A DNA stretch of 64,000 nt from Methanotrichaceae archaeon (GCA_963803145.1 CAWDLW010000015.1:288001-352000); one strand, 5' to 3'; shown: positions 49,424 through 58,738, counted from the first letter of the stretch. Translations and numbers: made by a program. Notes: generated by a model not told the origin, from the sequence alone.

Positions 49424-51982
49424 ATGAAAGAGGTATCTTTGGATTTAGGAAGACTTGCACAAGATAATCCTAATTATACTCCCAAAGAGCCTTTTCCTTG
49501 CCAAGGGGAGGCATTTAGAGCCTTAAGCAGTATCTTTACATTCCCAGCTGAAGGATACAAAGGCGGCCTTTTAGTCCTTCCTACAGGTGCAGGAAAAACG
49601 TTCACTGCAGTCAACTGGGTATGTAGAAATGTTCTTCCTAGAAAGACTAAGGTTCTTTGGCTAGCCCAGTCATCCTATTTACTCGAGCAGGCAGGCAGAG
49701 CTTTTTATGAAAACGCCCTTGTGATCCCTTATGGTAGGAAATCACTTAATATCAGAGTAGTATCAAGTAGCCCATTGCATTCCAAGCCGGCTACTATAAA
49801 GACTACCGATGATGTTCTAATTGTCACTACGCAAACAGCAATCAAGAATTTCAATGCCAATCCTGAGGATTTGAACGGTAAAAAAGTTGAAACGCACTTT
49901 AAGAATTTTATAAAGTGTAATGTAAACGATGGCTTATTCATAATACTAGATGAAGCTCATCATGCACCAGCGTATGGATGCAGGAACCTATTATCTAGTA
50001 TCGGTGAAATAATAAAAGATCTGTACCTCCTAGGCTTGACAGCTACGCCCACATATACTGATAAACGGACAAGGGGCTGGCTCTCTAAGATTTTCGATCA
50101 GGGCATAATTTATGAAGCCACAAAAGCAGGTCTGATTGCTCAGGACATTCTTGCCAAGCCTAAATATCTTGAAAAATCTACTGGCAGGGAGTTTGAGATA
50201 GATGATAAATTATATGATCGGCTTGTAAGAGAGCATAAAGATCTACGTGAGGATATCATTGAAAAACTAGCAAACGATTCTCCAAGAAACGATTTTATAA
50301 TTAACGACTATATAGATAATAAAAGCGTTTATGGAAAAACTATTATTTTTTCTGATAGATGGTTTCAATGTGAGTATATAAAAACAAAACTGAAGGATAA
50401 AGGAATAAAAGCAGAAGCTGTTTATTCTATGGAAGATACGAATCTAGGGTCATCCGAGTTGAGGAATAAGAGGACATCCACGGATAACGAAAAGATTATA
50501 AGAGATTTCTCGGAAGGTAAGTATGATGTGCTTGTAAATGTACGTATGCTTACAGAAGGCATTGACGTACCCGATGTTAAAACCGTTATGCTCACAAGGC
50601 AGACTACCAGTTCGATACTGACGACACAAATGATCGGAAGGGCCTTAAGAGGCAAAAAGGCTGGCGGTGGGCCCAATAAATCCGAGGCTAATATCGTATT
50701 ATTTATCGATAATTGGAAAGGCTTAATCAATGATGTTTGGGCACACTTCGAGGGTGGTTTAGAAAATATACCACCCATAGTTAGGGGCTATAGACCGTTG
50801 GAATACATATCAATCGATCTGATCGATAAAGTCAGCAGGCAAATCGATAACTGCCTTAACTATATTCCTGTGCCGTTCTTAGAATACGTTCCTATGGGCT
50901 GGTATCAAACAGAAATAACAGTAGGTCTAAAAGATGATATTAGTAAAAATGAAGAAATGCAATCTTTCGTAGAATATGTGATGGTTTATAATAGGACTAG
51001 AGATAAATTTGAAAAATTCATTGAGGGCGTATTTAATAAAATACCTTCACGTTGGGCTGATGAAAGCATTGATGAGAGATCGATAATAATTCCGCAAATT
51101 CATGATTGGATTAAAGAGAACGATTACTTTAACCTCGAAGAGGATAATATAGGTGGCAACCTGATAGATCATTTAGTAAAAATAGTAAGACACATAGCAC
51201 AAAACGGAGATCTGCCCGATTACCATTCCTTTGATGAGCGAGGTTTGTATGATTTAGACAAATTGGCTGAACGATTTGCGAATAAAACGTCCTTCGAGCA
51301 GCTTCATTTTTTAAAATTTGAGTTTGATAAACCAGGCAATTTATGGAAGATATTCTATAGAGATTTCTATAGATTTAAAACAGCATATGATGGCGCCCTA
51401 AACAGATATATCGATATAACCATGAATGGTGAAAATTTCAAGCCATTAAAAGAAGAAATAAACCCCATGGATCTCGAGCTCACTGAGGAGGAAAAAGAAC
51501 AAGTTAAAGCCAGAGATGGCATGTGTTTATGTTGTTTTAAGAAGGGACGCGGAAATATATTACAGGTAGATCATATCATTCCCATCTTCATGGGCGGACC
51601 AGCTAATGTAGAAAATTCTCAAACTCTATGTAAAGAATGCAATAGGCAGAAAGGGATAAACTCGGTTAATTTTAGAAGCAATACAACTCCTTTAGTTAAT
51701 CCTAAAGAATTGAAACTTTATCCTACACAGGGAAGAGAGTCTCCTTTGAATACATTAGCTAGGACTATAAACTTCTTTTTCCATTGCCAAGCTATATTAG
51801 ATATTAATGCAAGCGAAAGAAGAAATGGAAAGAACTATTCAAAATGGGAAATAAAGATTTATCAGGGAAATAATCCCCAATGGCTGATAAACCATGAAAT
51901 TGCTTTGATAAAATATATTCAAAACGATTTACGTTGCCCTCAAGTTAAAAGCATAGAAGTATTGGGCGTATCTGATCACTAA
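49424..51982 (+). CDS. SF2 (ResIII-like) DEAH helicase fused to HNH endonuclease; AT-rich
   Basis: LPTGAGKT, LDEAHH, TAT, QMIGRALR; RDGMCLCC..VDHIIP..GG..N.QTLCKECNRQKG. Confidence 0.9.
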   Translation: MKEVSLDLGRLAQDNPNYTPKEPFPCQGEAFRALSSIFTFPAEGYKGGLLVLPTGAGKTFTAVNWVCRNVLPRKTKVLWLAQSSYLLEQAGRAFYENALVIPYGRKSLNIRVVSSSPLHSKPATIKTTDDVLIVTTQTAIKNFNANPEDLNGKKVETHFKNFIKCNVNDGLFIILDEAHHAPAYGCRNLLSSIGEIIKDLYLLGLTATPTYTDKRTRGWLSKIFDQGIIYEATKAGLIAQDILAKPKYLEKSTGREFEIDDKLYDRLVREHKDLREDIIEKLANDSPRNDFIINDYIDNKSVYGKTIIFSDRWFQCEYIKTKLKDKGIKAEAVYSMEDTNLGSSELRNKRTSTDNEKIIRDFSEGKYDVLVNVRMLTEGIDVPDVKTVMLTRQTTSSILTTQMIGRALRGKKAGGGPNKSEANIVLFIDNWKGLINDVWAHFEGGLENIPPIVRGYRPLEYISIDLIDKVSRQIDNCLNYIPVPFLEYVPMGWYQTEITVGLKDDISKNEEMQSFVEYVMVYNRTRDKFEKFIEGVFNKIPSRWADESIDERSIIIPQIHDWIKENDYFNLEEDNIGGNLIDHLVKIVRHIAQNGDLPDYHSFDERGLYDLDKLAERFANKTSFEQLHFLKFEFDKPGNLWKIFYRDFYRFKTAYDGALNRYIDITMNGENFKPLKEEINPMDLELTEEEKEQVKARDGMCLCCFKKGRGNILQVDHIIPIFMGGPANVENSQTLCKECNRQKGINSVNFRSNTTPLVNPKELKLYPTQGRESPLNTLARTINFFFHCQAILDINASERRNGKNYSKWEIKIYQGNNPQWLINHEIALIKYIQNDLRCPQVKSIEVLGVSDH

Positions 51983-52034
51983 ATATAGATCTATGTAACA
52001 GATTCATTGGAAGATAATGATATAGGGAATTGTT

Positions 52035-52175
52035 AATCTTATTCCCTTCAACCTGATAGCATGGGTTTTCCAAAGCCTTCCCCCAGCGAGGGGTTAGGGG
52101 CAGCCCGCGCGGCGATTGAGCGCGCTAGAATAGCCGTTAGTGTTAGCCCCAGAAGTAAGCGTTAGCTTCTGAATT
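52035..52175 (+). repeat. Dispersed structured repeat, copy B
   Basis: CCCTTCAACC..CCCCCAGCGAGGGGTTAGGGGCAGCCCGCGCGGCGATTGAGCGCGCTAG..GTTAG..TAGCCCC. Confidence 0.85.
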
Positions 52176-52255
52176 GTGTAATCAGCTCCGATACGTAGTT
52201 AAATAGTAATCAGAGACGCTCGCTTTGCACGAAATAAACTACCATATTTCGCGCC

Positions 52256-52414
52256 TTAAGCATTCTGAGAGTGAACTGCACGCAGCCTCTTGAATTCCCG
52301 GAGCAATTCTGCCATGGCCTTATCTTTAGATGAATAATGCCCCTCTTTCTGGAAATCTATAAGAACGTTATGCGCTTCCTCGTCTACTACAACGTTTATC
52401 CTTTTTAGCTCCAT
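52256..52414 (-). CDS. 52-aa ribbon-helix-helix-like regulator (not in ORF track)
   Basis: MELKRINVVVDEEAHNVLIDFQKEGHYSSKDKAMAELLREFKRLRAVHSQNA*: beta-helix-helix pattern. Confidence 0.7.
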   Translation of the reverse strand: MELKRINVVVDEEAHNVLIDFQKEGHYSSKDKAMAELLREFKRLRAVHSQNA

Positions 52415-52469
52415 TGGGATCTGACTTATGTCTTACATATTTATAACAATATCGTCATACTATAAAAGT

Positions 52470-52510
52470 TTAACGTTATAATAGTTAACTATTTAAACGT
52501 TAACGTTATA
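52470..52510. promoter_or_regulatory. 34-bp near-perfect palindrome with repeated AACGTT/GTTAAC units between divergent genes
   Basis: TTAACGTTATAATAGTT|AACTATTTAAACGTTAA followed by CGTTATA. Confidence 0.7.
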
Positions 52511-52533
52511 GTAAAACATAGAGGCGAAATAGC

Positions 52534-52764
52534 ATGGCCGGGATTGTTCGCATAAGCGGTAAGATCATGAGCATACATGGAGCGGCTGAAAAGATGAATA
52601 ACATAAGCTTAGCTGCTGGTGATTTCCCCGATGTATTGCACGTCTTTAGCTTGGAATTTCCCTCTGAAGCCGCCATACCAAACGGCGATGTCCACGAAGG
52701 CTCTATACGATGCTCCTCACAAGAGCTCTCAGAAACAGAGATCTCAAAATCAGAGGCGGTCTAA
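52534..52764 (+). CDS. Hypothetical protein
   Basis: GAGGCG RBS-like site; stop abuts next start. Confidence 0.4.
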   Translation: MAGIVRISGKIMSIHGAAEKMNNISLAAGDFPDVLHVFSLEFPSEAAIPNGDVHEGSIRCSSQELSETEISKSEAV

Positions 52765-53352
52765 ATGGCCGCTCCAAACCATTCCGAAAACGCCTTGCTG
52801 ATAGCTACCGATTCAATTAACACAATAGCGTCCGATTCAGCAACCGCAAACACATTATCAGAGCTGAGCGCAGCACTAGCCGAGCTTCAGCCTCTGGCCT
52901 CCAGGATCGCCAATCTGAAAAAGGAAACTCTGGAGAAAGAAGCGATAATCCTGAAAGCGATCCTGGAGAAGGCCACACCTCTGGTGCCTCTGCTGAGTGA
53001 AGACTGCGAGCAGCATTACCGCCGTGAGATTGTCATCCTGGCCAGAGAAGAGAGAGTGCAGCTTGAGGAGGGCTTTAGCTTTTTCAGCGAGCACAGACTG
53101 ATTCTCTACGAAAATGGCCTCTTAGTGAGAACGCATCGCTATGGCGAATCATCTGAAGGTCTGCACCCGGGATGGGAGAATACAGACGAGGTTGTTCTTA
53201 CACCTGAGGCGGCCATAATTACATTCGATTTCAGAGAAATTTCAAAGGGCCTGATAAAGGTGCTTGGTGAGGCATCATCGATGGCTATCCTCAAAGAGAA
53301 GCTTGAAGGCGATCTGGTGGCTTTAGCTAAGGCACTGGAGGCTCTACATTAA
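52765..53352 (+). CDS. Hypothetical protein (helical/coiled-coil)
   Basis: 195-aa ORF with protein-like composition. Confidence 0.65.
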   Translation: MAAPNHSENALLIATDSINTIASDSATANTLSELSAALAELQPLASRIANLKKETLEKEAIILKAILEKATPLVPLLSEDCEQHYRREIVILAREERVQLEEGFSFFSEHRLILYENGLLVRTHRYGESSEGLHPGWENTDEVVLTPEAAIITFDFREISKGLIKVLGEASSMAILKEKLEGDLVALAKALEALH

Positions 53353-53465
53353 GACTTCAGCGGACTTGTTAGCAGGAATGCAGCTTTGGAGCGCCTTTAC
53401 GAGATTTTCATTCGTTTTTCAGCAACTAAATAGAACGGAGCTCAACTAGCGAACGCATTTTCTGG

Positions 53466-53601
53466 AGCGCCCGCGCGGGCTACCCAGACGCGCGGGCGTT
53501 GGAGCGCGCTAGTATAACCGTTAGTTTTAGCTCCAAATACGAAGTCGGAGCGGTTCTTAGATTACGAGGCGCAGATTGAATATCTCTTATAGGAACTCTA
53601 T
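53466..53601 (+). repeat. Dispersed structured repeat, copy C (3' part, preceded by a distinct 10-bp GC hairpin)
   Basis: GAGCGCGCTAGTATAACCGTTAGTTTTAGCTCCAAATACGAAGTC.. aligns with copy A over about 100 bp. Confidence 0.8.
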
Positions 53602-53608
53602 GGATACT

Positions 53609-53971
53609 TCAATGCTCAAAGAACCTCATCTCTATTTCATCCAAGATATCTGAGATGCATTTTTCTTTTGACTCCTCAACAACCCCAGGAAGATGTTTGT
53701 GGCAGGGAAACGTTGAGACTTCATGATGAGGCGCATTATCGTATCTGAATATCATTGCACCTTCCTTATCCATGAAGTGAAACCTATACTTTAATCGCTT
53801 ATCTCCCTTGAGGTATTCCATAAATTCCAGCAGCGATCCATCCATGAAGAGGAGCTTTCCTATCAGCATGCCTTCCGAGGGAGTAAATTCACGAAAATCC
53901 ACGCTCTTATCTGCAACGACCTTTGAATTCTCTATTCTCATCTCGACTTCACGGAAATAGTCAGAGATCAA
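53609..53971 (-). CDS. DUF6516/TumE-like toxin
   Basis: FMDGSLL, YRFH, FRYDNAPHH..TFPCHKH. Confidence 0.82.
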   Translation of the reverse strand: MISDYFREVEMRIENSKVVADKSVDFREFTPSEGMLIGKLLFMDGSLLEFMEYLKGDKRLKYRFHFMDKEGAMIFRYDNAPHHEVSTFPCHKHLPGVVEESKEKCISDILDEIEMRFFEH

Positions 53972-54246
53972 GTGGATAGCACCGCTTTTATCTTCGCTAG
54001 TTCATCTTCGATTGCCTTTTGGCCTTTGAGCAGGCCCCACCATTTAAAGCAATCCTGAGAATCACCCAGCTCTCCTGCCTCAAACCTGCTCATAAATTCA
54101 GCCGAGCTTATTCCATACTTCCGCTCAAGTTCGGCTATCCCCTCTGCCGTCAGCTTCCTCTTCATCTCCAATAGTCCCATCTCCCTTTCCAAGGATCTTC
54201 TTATTATTAGAGATGCATCTTCAGCAATTGAGGCATACATAAACAA
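53968..54246 (-). CDS. TumA-like antitoxin
   Basis: ELERKYGISSAEFMSRFEAGELGD..KW; 4-nt overlap with the toxin. Confidence 0.72.
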   Translation of the reverse strand: MFMYASIAEDASLIIRRSLEREMGLLEMKRKLTAEGIAELERKYGISSAEFMSRFEAGELGDSQDCFKWWGLLKGQKAIEDELAKIKAVLST

Positions 54247-54361
54247 TTAAAATTGCTTTTAGTTTTATAAAGCTTTTCAGGCTTGAAGATACTCTGACGA
54301 AGCTTCATCTTAACCTCGTCAACTTTATCGCCTGTATTTCCGGAAACTATAGTCCTAGACG

Positions 54362-54718
54362 TTACTCAAAAGTTGGTGCTGCAGGGTCACATGGGGCCTG
54401 CACAGATCGAGTGGGCATAGCTGGCGGCTCCTTTCCTGCCAGCTTTTCGATGAGGCTTCTATTGATATCCTTAAAGGCCCTTATGAAATCCGAGTCCTCG
54501 TTGACCGTGTAATAATTAGCATTGCCGCGCTTGGAGTCCAGCTTTATTAATCCCCATTCAAGAAACTTTTTTACTACAGGTATCGCCGCCTGACGCGAAA
54601 TATCGGACTCCTCGGCTATCTCGGTCATATTGAAATCATAACCCCTTTTAGATATAATGGATTCTATTATCCTCAATTCGCTAGTATCCCCGAACAGTTT
54701 CTCGAAGGGCTCCGCCAT
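54362..54718 (-). CDS. Winged-helix DNA-binding protein
   Basis: LFGDTSELRII, FNMTEIAEESDISR. Confidence 0.8.
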   Translation of the reverse strand: MAEPFEKLFGDTSELRIIESIISKRGYDFNMTEIAEESDISRQAAIPVVKKFLEWGLIKLDSKRGNANYYTVNEDSDFIRAFKDINRSLIEKLAGKEPPAMPTRSVQAPCDPAAPTFE

Positions 54719-54784
54719 ATATGTCTCCGATCTAAGTAAGTTTTCTTTCTATATATCAGTTTTGACAGCAGTGTTAACTTATCT

Positions 54785-55074
54785 TTACAAATGCCTAATT
54801 CTACCCGATGCAACATCGTAGTCATGTAAGCTAAGGGCGCTCTCGACCGTGGGGCGATCAGAAATGAAATACTTAGGATCGTTTTTCTTTTTTCGTGTCA
54901 AATAGCCTTTATTGGCCAGGCTTTTAGCGGCCTCTCTCTCACATCCTTATTATGTATTCTTTGGAATCCTTTATATAGCCTCAATAAGTTGAAACTGGAA
55001 TTGCTGGTAAAGCAACGCCTACTATATAATTTATCGAGAAGCCATAATTCATAATCCGCAAGACCGCATGGCAA
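54785..55074 (-). pseudogene. About 95-aa basic protein frameshifted by an extra AG in a (GA)n run
   Basis: MPCGLADYELWLLDKLYSRRCF..KDVRE / AAKSLANKGYLTRKKKNDPKYFISD..GRIRHL*; removing 2 nt at about 54932-54940 restores the frame. Confidence 0.65.
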
Positions 55075-55217
55075 CTTGCCATCTCCTCGTTTTATGGATA
55101 AGGCTTCAGGCGAAAAAGGTTTTGGTGGATCATCAAGGAAAATGAAATATAGCTAAGGCTAATACCTCAGATTGCATCAAAGTCGCAAGCTTTGATACTA
55201 CAATAAAGGGATGAGCT

Positions 55218-55335
55218 AATCCTATCCTATTCAACCTTACAGTATATGTTTTCCAAAGCATTCCCCCAGCGAGGGGTTAGAGGTAGCCCACACGGCGACT
55301 GAATGCGCTATTAGGTCGCTAGTAGCCCCAAAAGC
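55218..55335 (+). repeat. Dispersed structured repeat, copy D
   Basis: TTCAACC..TTTTCCAAAGCATTCCCCCAGCGAGGGGTTAGAGGTAGCCC..TAGCCCC. Confidence 0.85.
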
Positions 55336-55364
55336 CGGGTTAGGAATGGCATAACCTAAAATAT

Positions 55365-56450
55365 TAGGACTTACGCATTTGCCGGAACTTTCTTATAATA
55401 TGGAGTTTATATTAAATGAGAAATGAGCTGGAGAAAGAGGCATTGAATCCGGCTAAATGCGATGATCTAGATTACATTCACTTTCTAATTGCATCGATGG
55501 ATGTTTTTTCCTGCACCGAAGCAGCTAGATGTCAGTTACCACGGGAAAATAATCCATCACATGATGCATTTACCCGTCTATTACAAAGACAGCCTCCTGA
55601 TACGGAAGCGTTATGGGATGAGGTTAAGAAATTCATCGGCACCCAAGACTGTTTCTTAATTCTTGACGATACAACATTGGACAAACCCTATGCCAAAAAG
55701 ATGGATTTAGTCTATCCCCTTTGGAGCGGAAAGCATCATAAAGTAGTAGAAGGAATCAATATTACTACATTGCTTTGGACGGATGGGACTCCAATAATTC
55801 CAGTTGATTTTCGAGTCTATGATAAAGATACTGATGGCAAATCAAAGAACAATCATTTTCGCGATATGTTGAGTAAAGCAAACGAACGTGGATTCAAGCC
55901 TGATTTTGTTCTTTTTGATAGCTGGTACTCTGGAATAGATAATCTCAAAGCATTAAGGAAATTCGGTTGGCATTGGTTTACTAGGTTGAAGAAAAATAGA
56001 TTAGTAAATCCTGATGATACTAAGAATATACCAATTGAGGAAATAGAGATCCCACCACAAGGCAGAATTGTGCATTTGAAGGCTTACGGTTTTATAAAAG
56101 TATTCAAGATTGTCTCCGATGATGGTGACATCGAATACTGGGCGACTGATTCATTGAAAATGAAAGAAACGAGGCGAAAAGTATTAAGTAAGCATTCTTG
56201 GAAAATCGAAGAATATCACAGAGGGATTAAACAATTCTGCGGAGTTGAGCGCTGTCAAGCAAGAAAAAGTCAGTCTCAGAGAGCACATATCTCTTTCTCT
56301 ATTAGAGCATTTCTCAGATTGGAGCTAAATCGACTTATCAAGGGCATAAGTTGGTTTGAAAGTAAGCGTAGAATTATTAGAAACGCTATTAGCACATACA
56401 GAGAATATCCCGATTTCTTATGGTTTATGGGCTCAACTGCGTAAGTCCTA
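55365..56450 (+). mobile_element. IS701-family insertion sequence
   Basis: Perfect 13-bp IR TAGGACTTACGCA; 5-bp TSD AATAT. Confidence 0.92.
55416..56444 (+). CDS. IS701-family transposase
   Basis: SHDAFTRLL, LDDTTLDKPY, FDSWY, WKIEEYHRGIKQ. Confidence 0.92.
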   Translation: MRNELEKEALNPAKCDDLDYIHFLIASMDVFSCTEAARCQLPRENNPSHDAFTRLLQRQPPDTEALWDEVKKFIGTQDCFLILDDTTLDKPYAKKMDLVYPLWSGKHHKVVEGINITTLLWTDGTPIIPVDFRVYDKDTDGKSKNNHFRDMLSKANERGFKPDFVLFDSWYSGIDNLKALRKFGWHWFTRLKKNRLVNPDDTKNIPIEEIEIPPQGRIVHLKAYGFIKVFKIVSDDGDIEYWATDSLKMKETRRKVLSKHSWKIEEYHRGIKQFCGVERCQARKSQSQRAHISFSIRAFLRLELNRLIKGISWFESKRRIIRNAISTYREYPDFLWFMGSTA

Positions 56451-56615
56451 AATATATTGGCACCTACAAAAATCGAACCTGGAGATGAATATGCTTTAAG
56501 ATTCAATCTTCTCCACACTCTTCATAATCCTGCTCTAGCTCTTTGATGAGATCCTCATCGTATTCAGTAATACCCATAAAACCGTAATACTGCCAGGTCT
56601 TGATAACTTGCGCTC

Positions 56616-57122
56616 TCATGGCTTGTAGATATCTATGTCACCAATCCTTCCAAAATCACCATCATTGGTTGCGATATTGGTGATGCCTCTGGTCTTCATA
56701 AATGCTATATGGGTGGCATCGGAAATTAAGAGGCCATGTTTATTCGATAGGTCAACCGCCATATCAATTATCGCTACATCGACGCCATGGATGACAAGGG
56801 GATACTCCCTTATCCTAGCATAATCCCTCCAAACCTGTGAAAGTCTGGAAATAGCCTCTGGTCGCTCCTTTAGGAGCTTTATTGTATCACGTTCAGACCT
56901 TAGCTTATAGACTCTGGCTGTTTCGGCAAGGATTAGTTTGTGGATGACTTCATTTAGCACTTGAGTAGACGTAGAAGCTGAGTAAATATCTGCTTCAACC
57001 TTTTTTAAAAATGCCATGCACGAGTTTCTGAACCTTGGATGACCGAGGACATCGTATAAAAATATATTGGAATCAATAAAGATCTCAGATGCTGATGGAA
57101 GCTGCTCCAGCGATTTTATCAA
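56616..57122 (-). CDS. vapC: VapC PIN-domain toxin
   Basis: FIDSNIF, VLNE, DATHIA, IATNDGDF. Confidence 0.9.
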   Translation of the reverse strand: MIKSLEQLPSASEIFIDSNIFLYDVLGHPRFRNSCMAFLKKVEADIYSASTSTQVLNEVIHKLILAETARVYKLRSERDTIKLLKERPEAISRLSQVWRDYARIREYPLVIHGVDVAIIDMAVDLSNKHGLLISDATHIAFMKTRGITNIATNDGDFGRIGDIDIYKP

Positions 57123-57337
57123 AGCCAGTCCTCAGAATCTATTATTTCGTCGATTAAATTTATATCATCGAGCTTGATAGAATCAGTGATCTCCTCAGTA
57201 ATGCTTTTTACTGGCTTGATAAGTAGTTCCCCCGCTTTAACGCTCAAAGCTACTTTCTTACCTTCGCTAAGCCCTAGCTCAGATAATATAGAGCTAGGAA
57301 GCTCAAGCACTCCGCCCTTCCGGATTATCGCCTCCAA
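57119..57337 (-). CDS. AbrB/MazE-type antitoxin (VapB)
   Basis: GVLELPSSILSELGLSEG swapped-hairpin motif; overlaps vapC. Confidence 0.85.
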   Translation of the reverse strand: MEAIIRKGGVLELPSSILSELGLSEGKKVALSVKAGELLIKPVKSITEEITDSIKLDDINLIDEIIDSEDWL

Positions 57338-57494
57338 ATTAATCCCCGCTTACAGTCAATTTTACACGACTTAAATAGGATATGAGATGTCAAACCTTTA
57401 TAAAAGCCATTCATAATATAGATTCCCCATGATCTAGAGAGGTGCCTATATTGACGTCCCTTCTTTCTATTTTAGGTCTTATGGCACTGCTAAT

Positions 57495-57632
57495 ATTCAC
57501 GAACCTGAACTTCGTTTTGAGGCTAAAACTAATGGCGATCCTAGCGCGCTCAATCGCCGCGCAGGCTGCCCCCCTAACCCCTCTCTGGGAGAAGGTTCTG
57601 GATCTGCAGGCAATAAGGTTGATGGGAATATA
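57495..57632 (-). repeat. Dispersed structured repeat, copy E (inverted)
   Basis: Reverse complement reads CCCATCAACC..GAGAGGGGTTAGGGGGGCAGCCTGCGCGGCGATTGAGCGCGCTAG..TTAGTTTTAGCCTC. Confidence 0.85.
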
Positions 57633-57662
57633 TAGACGACTCCTATCCTGAGAAATTCAGCC

Positions 57663-57960
57663 CTAATCTTGCGCCTTCCGATTCTCCTTCAGCCTTTTCA
57701 GAGCCTCGCCATAGTCATCTCTAAAGTAATCTAGATCCTTCTGCGTATATTTATCGGAGATATAATCGGTGAGTTTTCTCTCAGCCTCTATTCCCAACCC
57801 TGCCTTCGTTATACAATCCAGAAACGCCTTCAAGTAATCTGAGAACTCATCCGCATAATAGCCATTGGAGTCATCCACCTCATCCATTCGCTCCTCGATG
57901 GTCTCAAAAAGCGCCTGGTATATCTTGGCAGCCTCAAGGAAGTTCTTCCTTTGCAAGAAT
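57663..57960 (-). pseudogene. C-terminal fragment of a helical protein (resembles C-termini of SWIM-finger proteins)
   Basis: NFLEAAKIYQALFE..EVDDSNGYY; no credible start or RBS. Confidence 0.5.
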
Positions 57961-58054
57961 TTATGTTTACAAGCTATAAACATTTTGTTTACAGGCTGGC
58001 AACAATATGTTTACGCCATGTACCATGTAAACTTCGGGATTCAACTGGAACCAG

Positions 58055-58738
58055 CTATATCATTCCTAAATACACTGGAACTGCTATCAGTATCGTGGGC
58101 ACCGCCACAACTGTCCAGACGATATGGCTGCTGCGCCATATCTTCGCCCCATCCAGGGGACCAAAGGGCAGTAGATTGAAGGCCGCCAGCACCAAATTTA
58201 TGAATAGTGCAAAATTTATGGCGCCAAACCATAGTCCGCTCGTTGCAGCGCCGCTAATGATCAGCGCGAAGAATAATATTGCTAATACTATGTTCGTCAG
58301 AGGACCGGCCAGGGATATCCATAGCTCCTCTTTTCTTTCCCTTTCAGCCTCGGATTGTCCTGTCGATCCCGACGACACACCAGCCCAGTAGGCATCCTCG
58401 GACATCGGATGTGCCTTGTAGATCATCACAGCACCGGGGGCTGCGAGTATAAATCCAAAAAGTGCCATGACGATGATGAGTACCAGACCAGGCCGATTCG
58501 CCCTGTACTCTGCCCAGTAGCCGTACCTTTGGGCAACGAACTTATGAGCCATCTCATGCAGCAGGAAGCCTGTGCCTGTGCCAATCGCTGATACGAAGAG
58601 CACATCTGCGCTTGGCATACGCCGCTCGCCTAAGATTGCGAAACCGACAGTAAGCGCTATCAGAGATAAGAGCAGATCAACCAGCTCTGTATTTCCGATC
58701 CTGCTGAAGTTGCTCATATACGCCAACAAAACTGCCAT
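58055..58738 (-). CDS. M50 site-2 protease family protein
   Basis: HEMAH, AGPLTN, FNLLPFGPLDG. Confidence 0.92.
   Translation of the reverse strand: MAVLLAYMSNFSRIGNTELVDLLLSLIALTVGFAILGERRMPSADVLFVSAIGTGTGFLLHEMAHKFVAQRYGYWAEYRANRPGLVLIIVMALFGFILAAPGAVMIYKAHPMSEDAYWAGVSSGSTGQSEAERERKEELWISLAGPLTNIVLAILFFALIISGAATSGLWFGAINFALFINLVLAAFNLLPFGPLDGAKIWRSSHIVWTVVAVPTILIAVPVYLGMI

Noticed and set aside
56500-56615. Short minus-strand frame ..KTWQYYGFMGITEYDEDLIKELEQDYEECGED*
   Set aside because: Looks like a gene tail without a start; too short to assign
57442-57651. 69-aa plus-strand ORF
   Set aside because: Overlies repeat copy E; the other copies differ by indels, so likely spurious
49322-58054. 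att-site duplication bounding the island
   Set aside because: No repeat of the pyrG 3' end and no integrase gene found by eye
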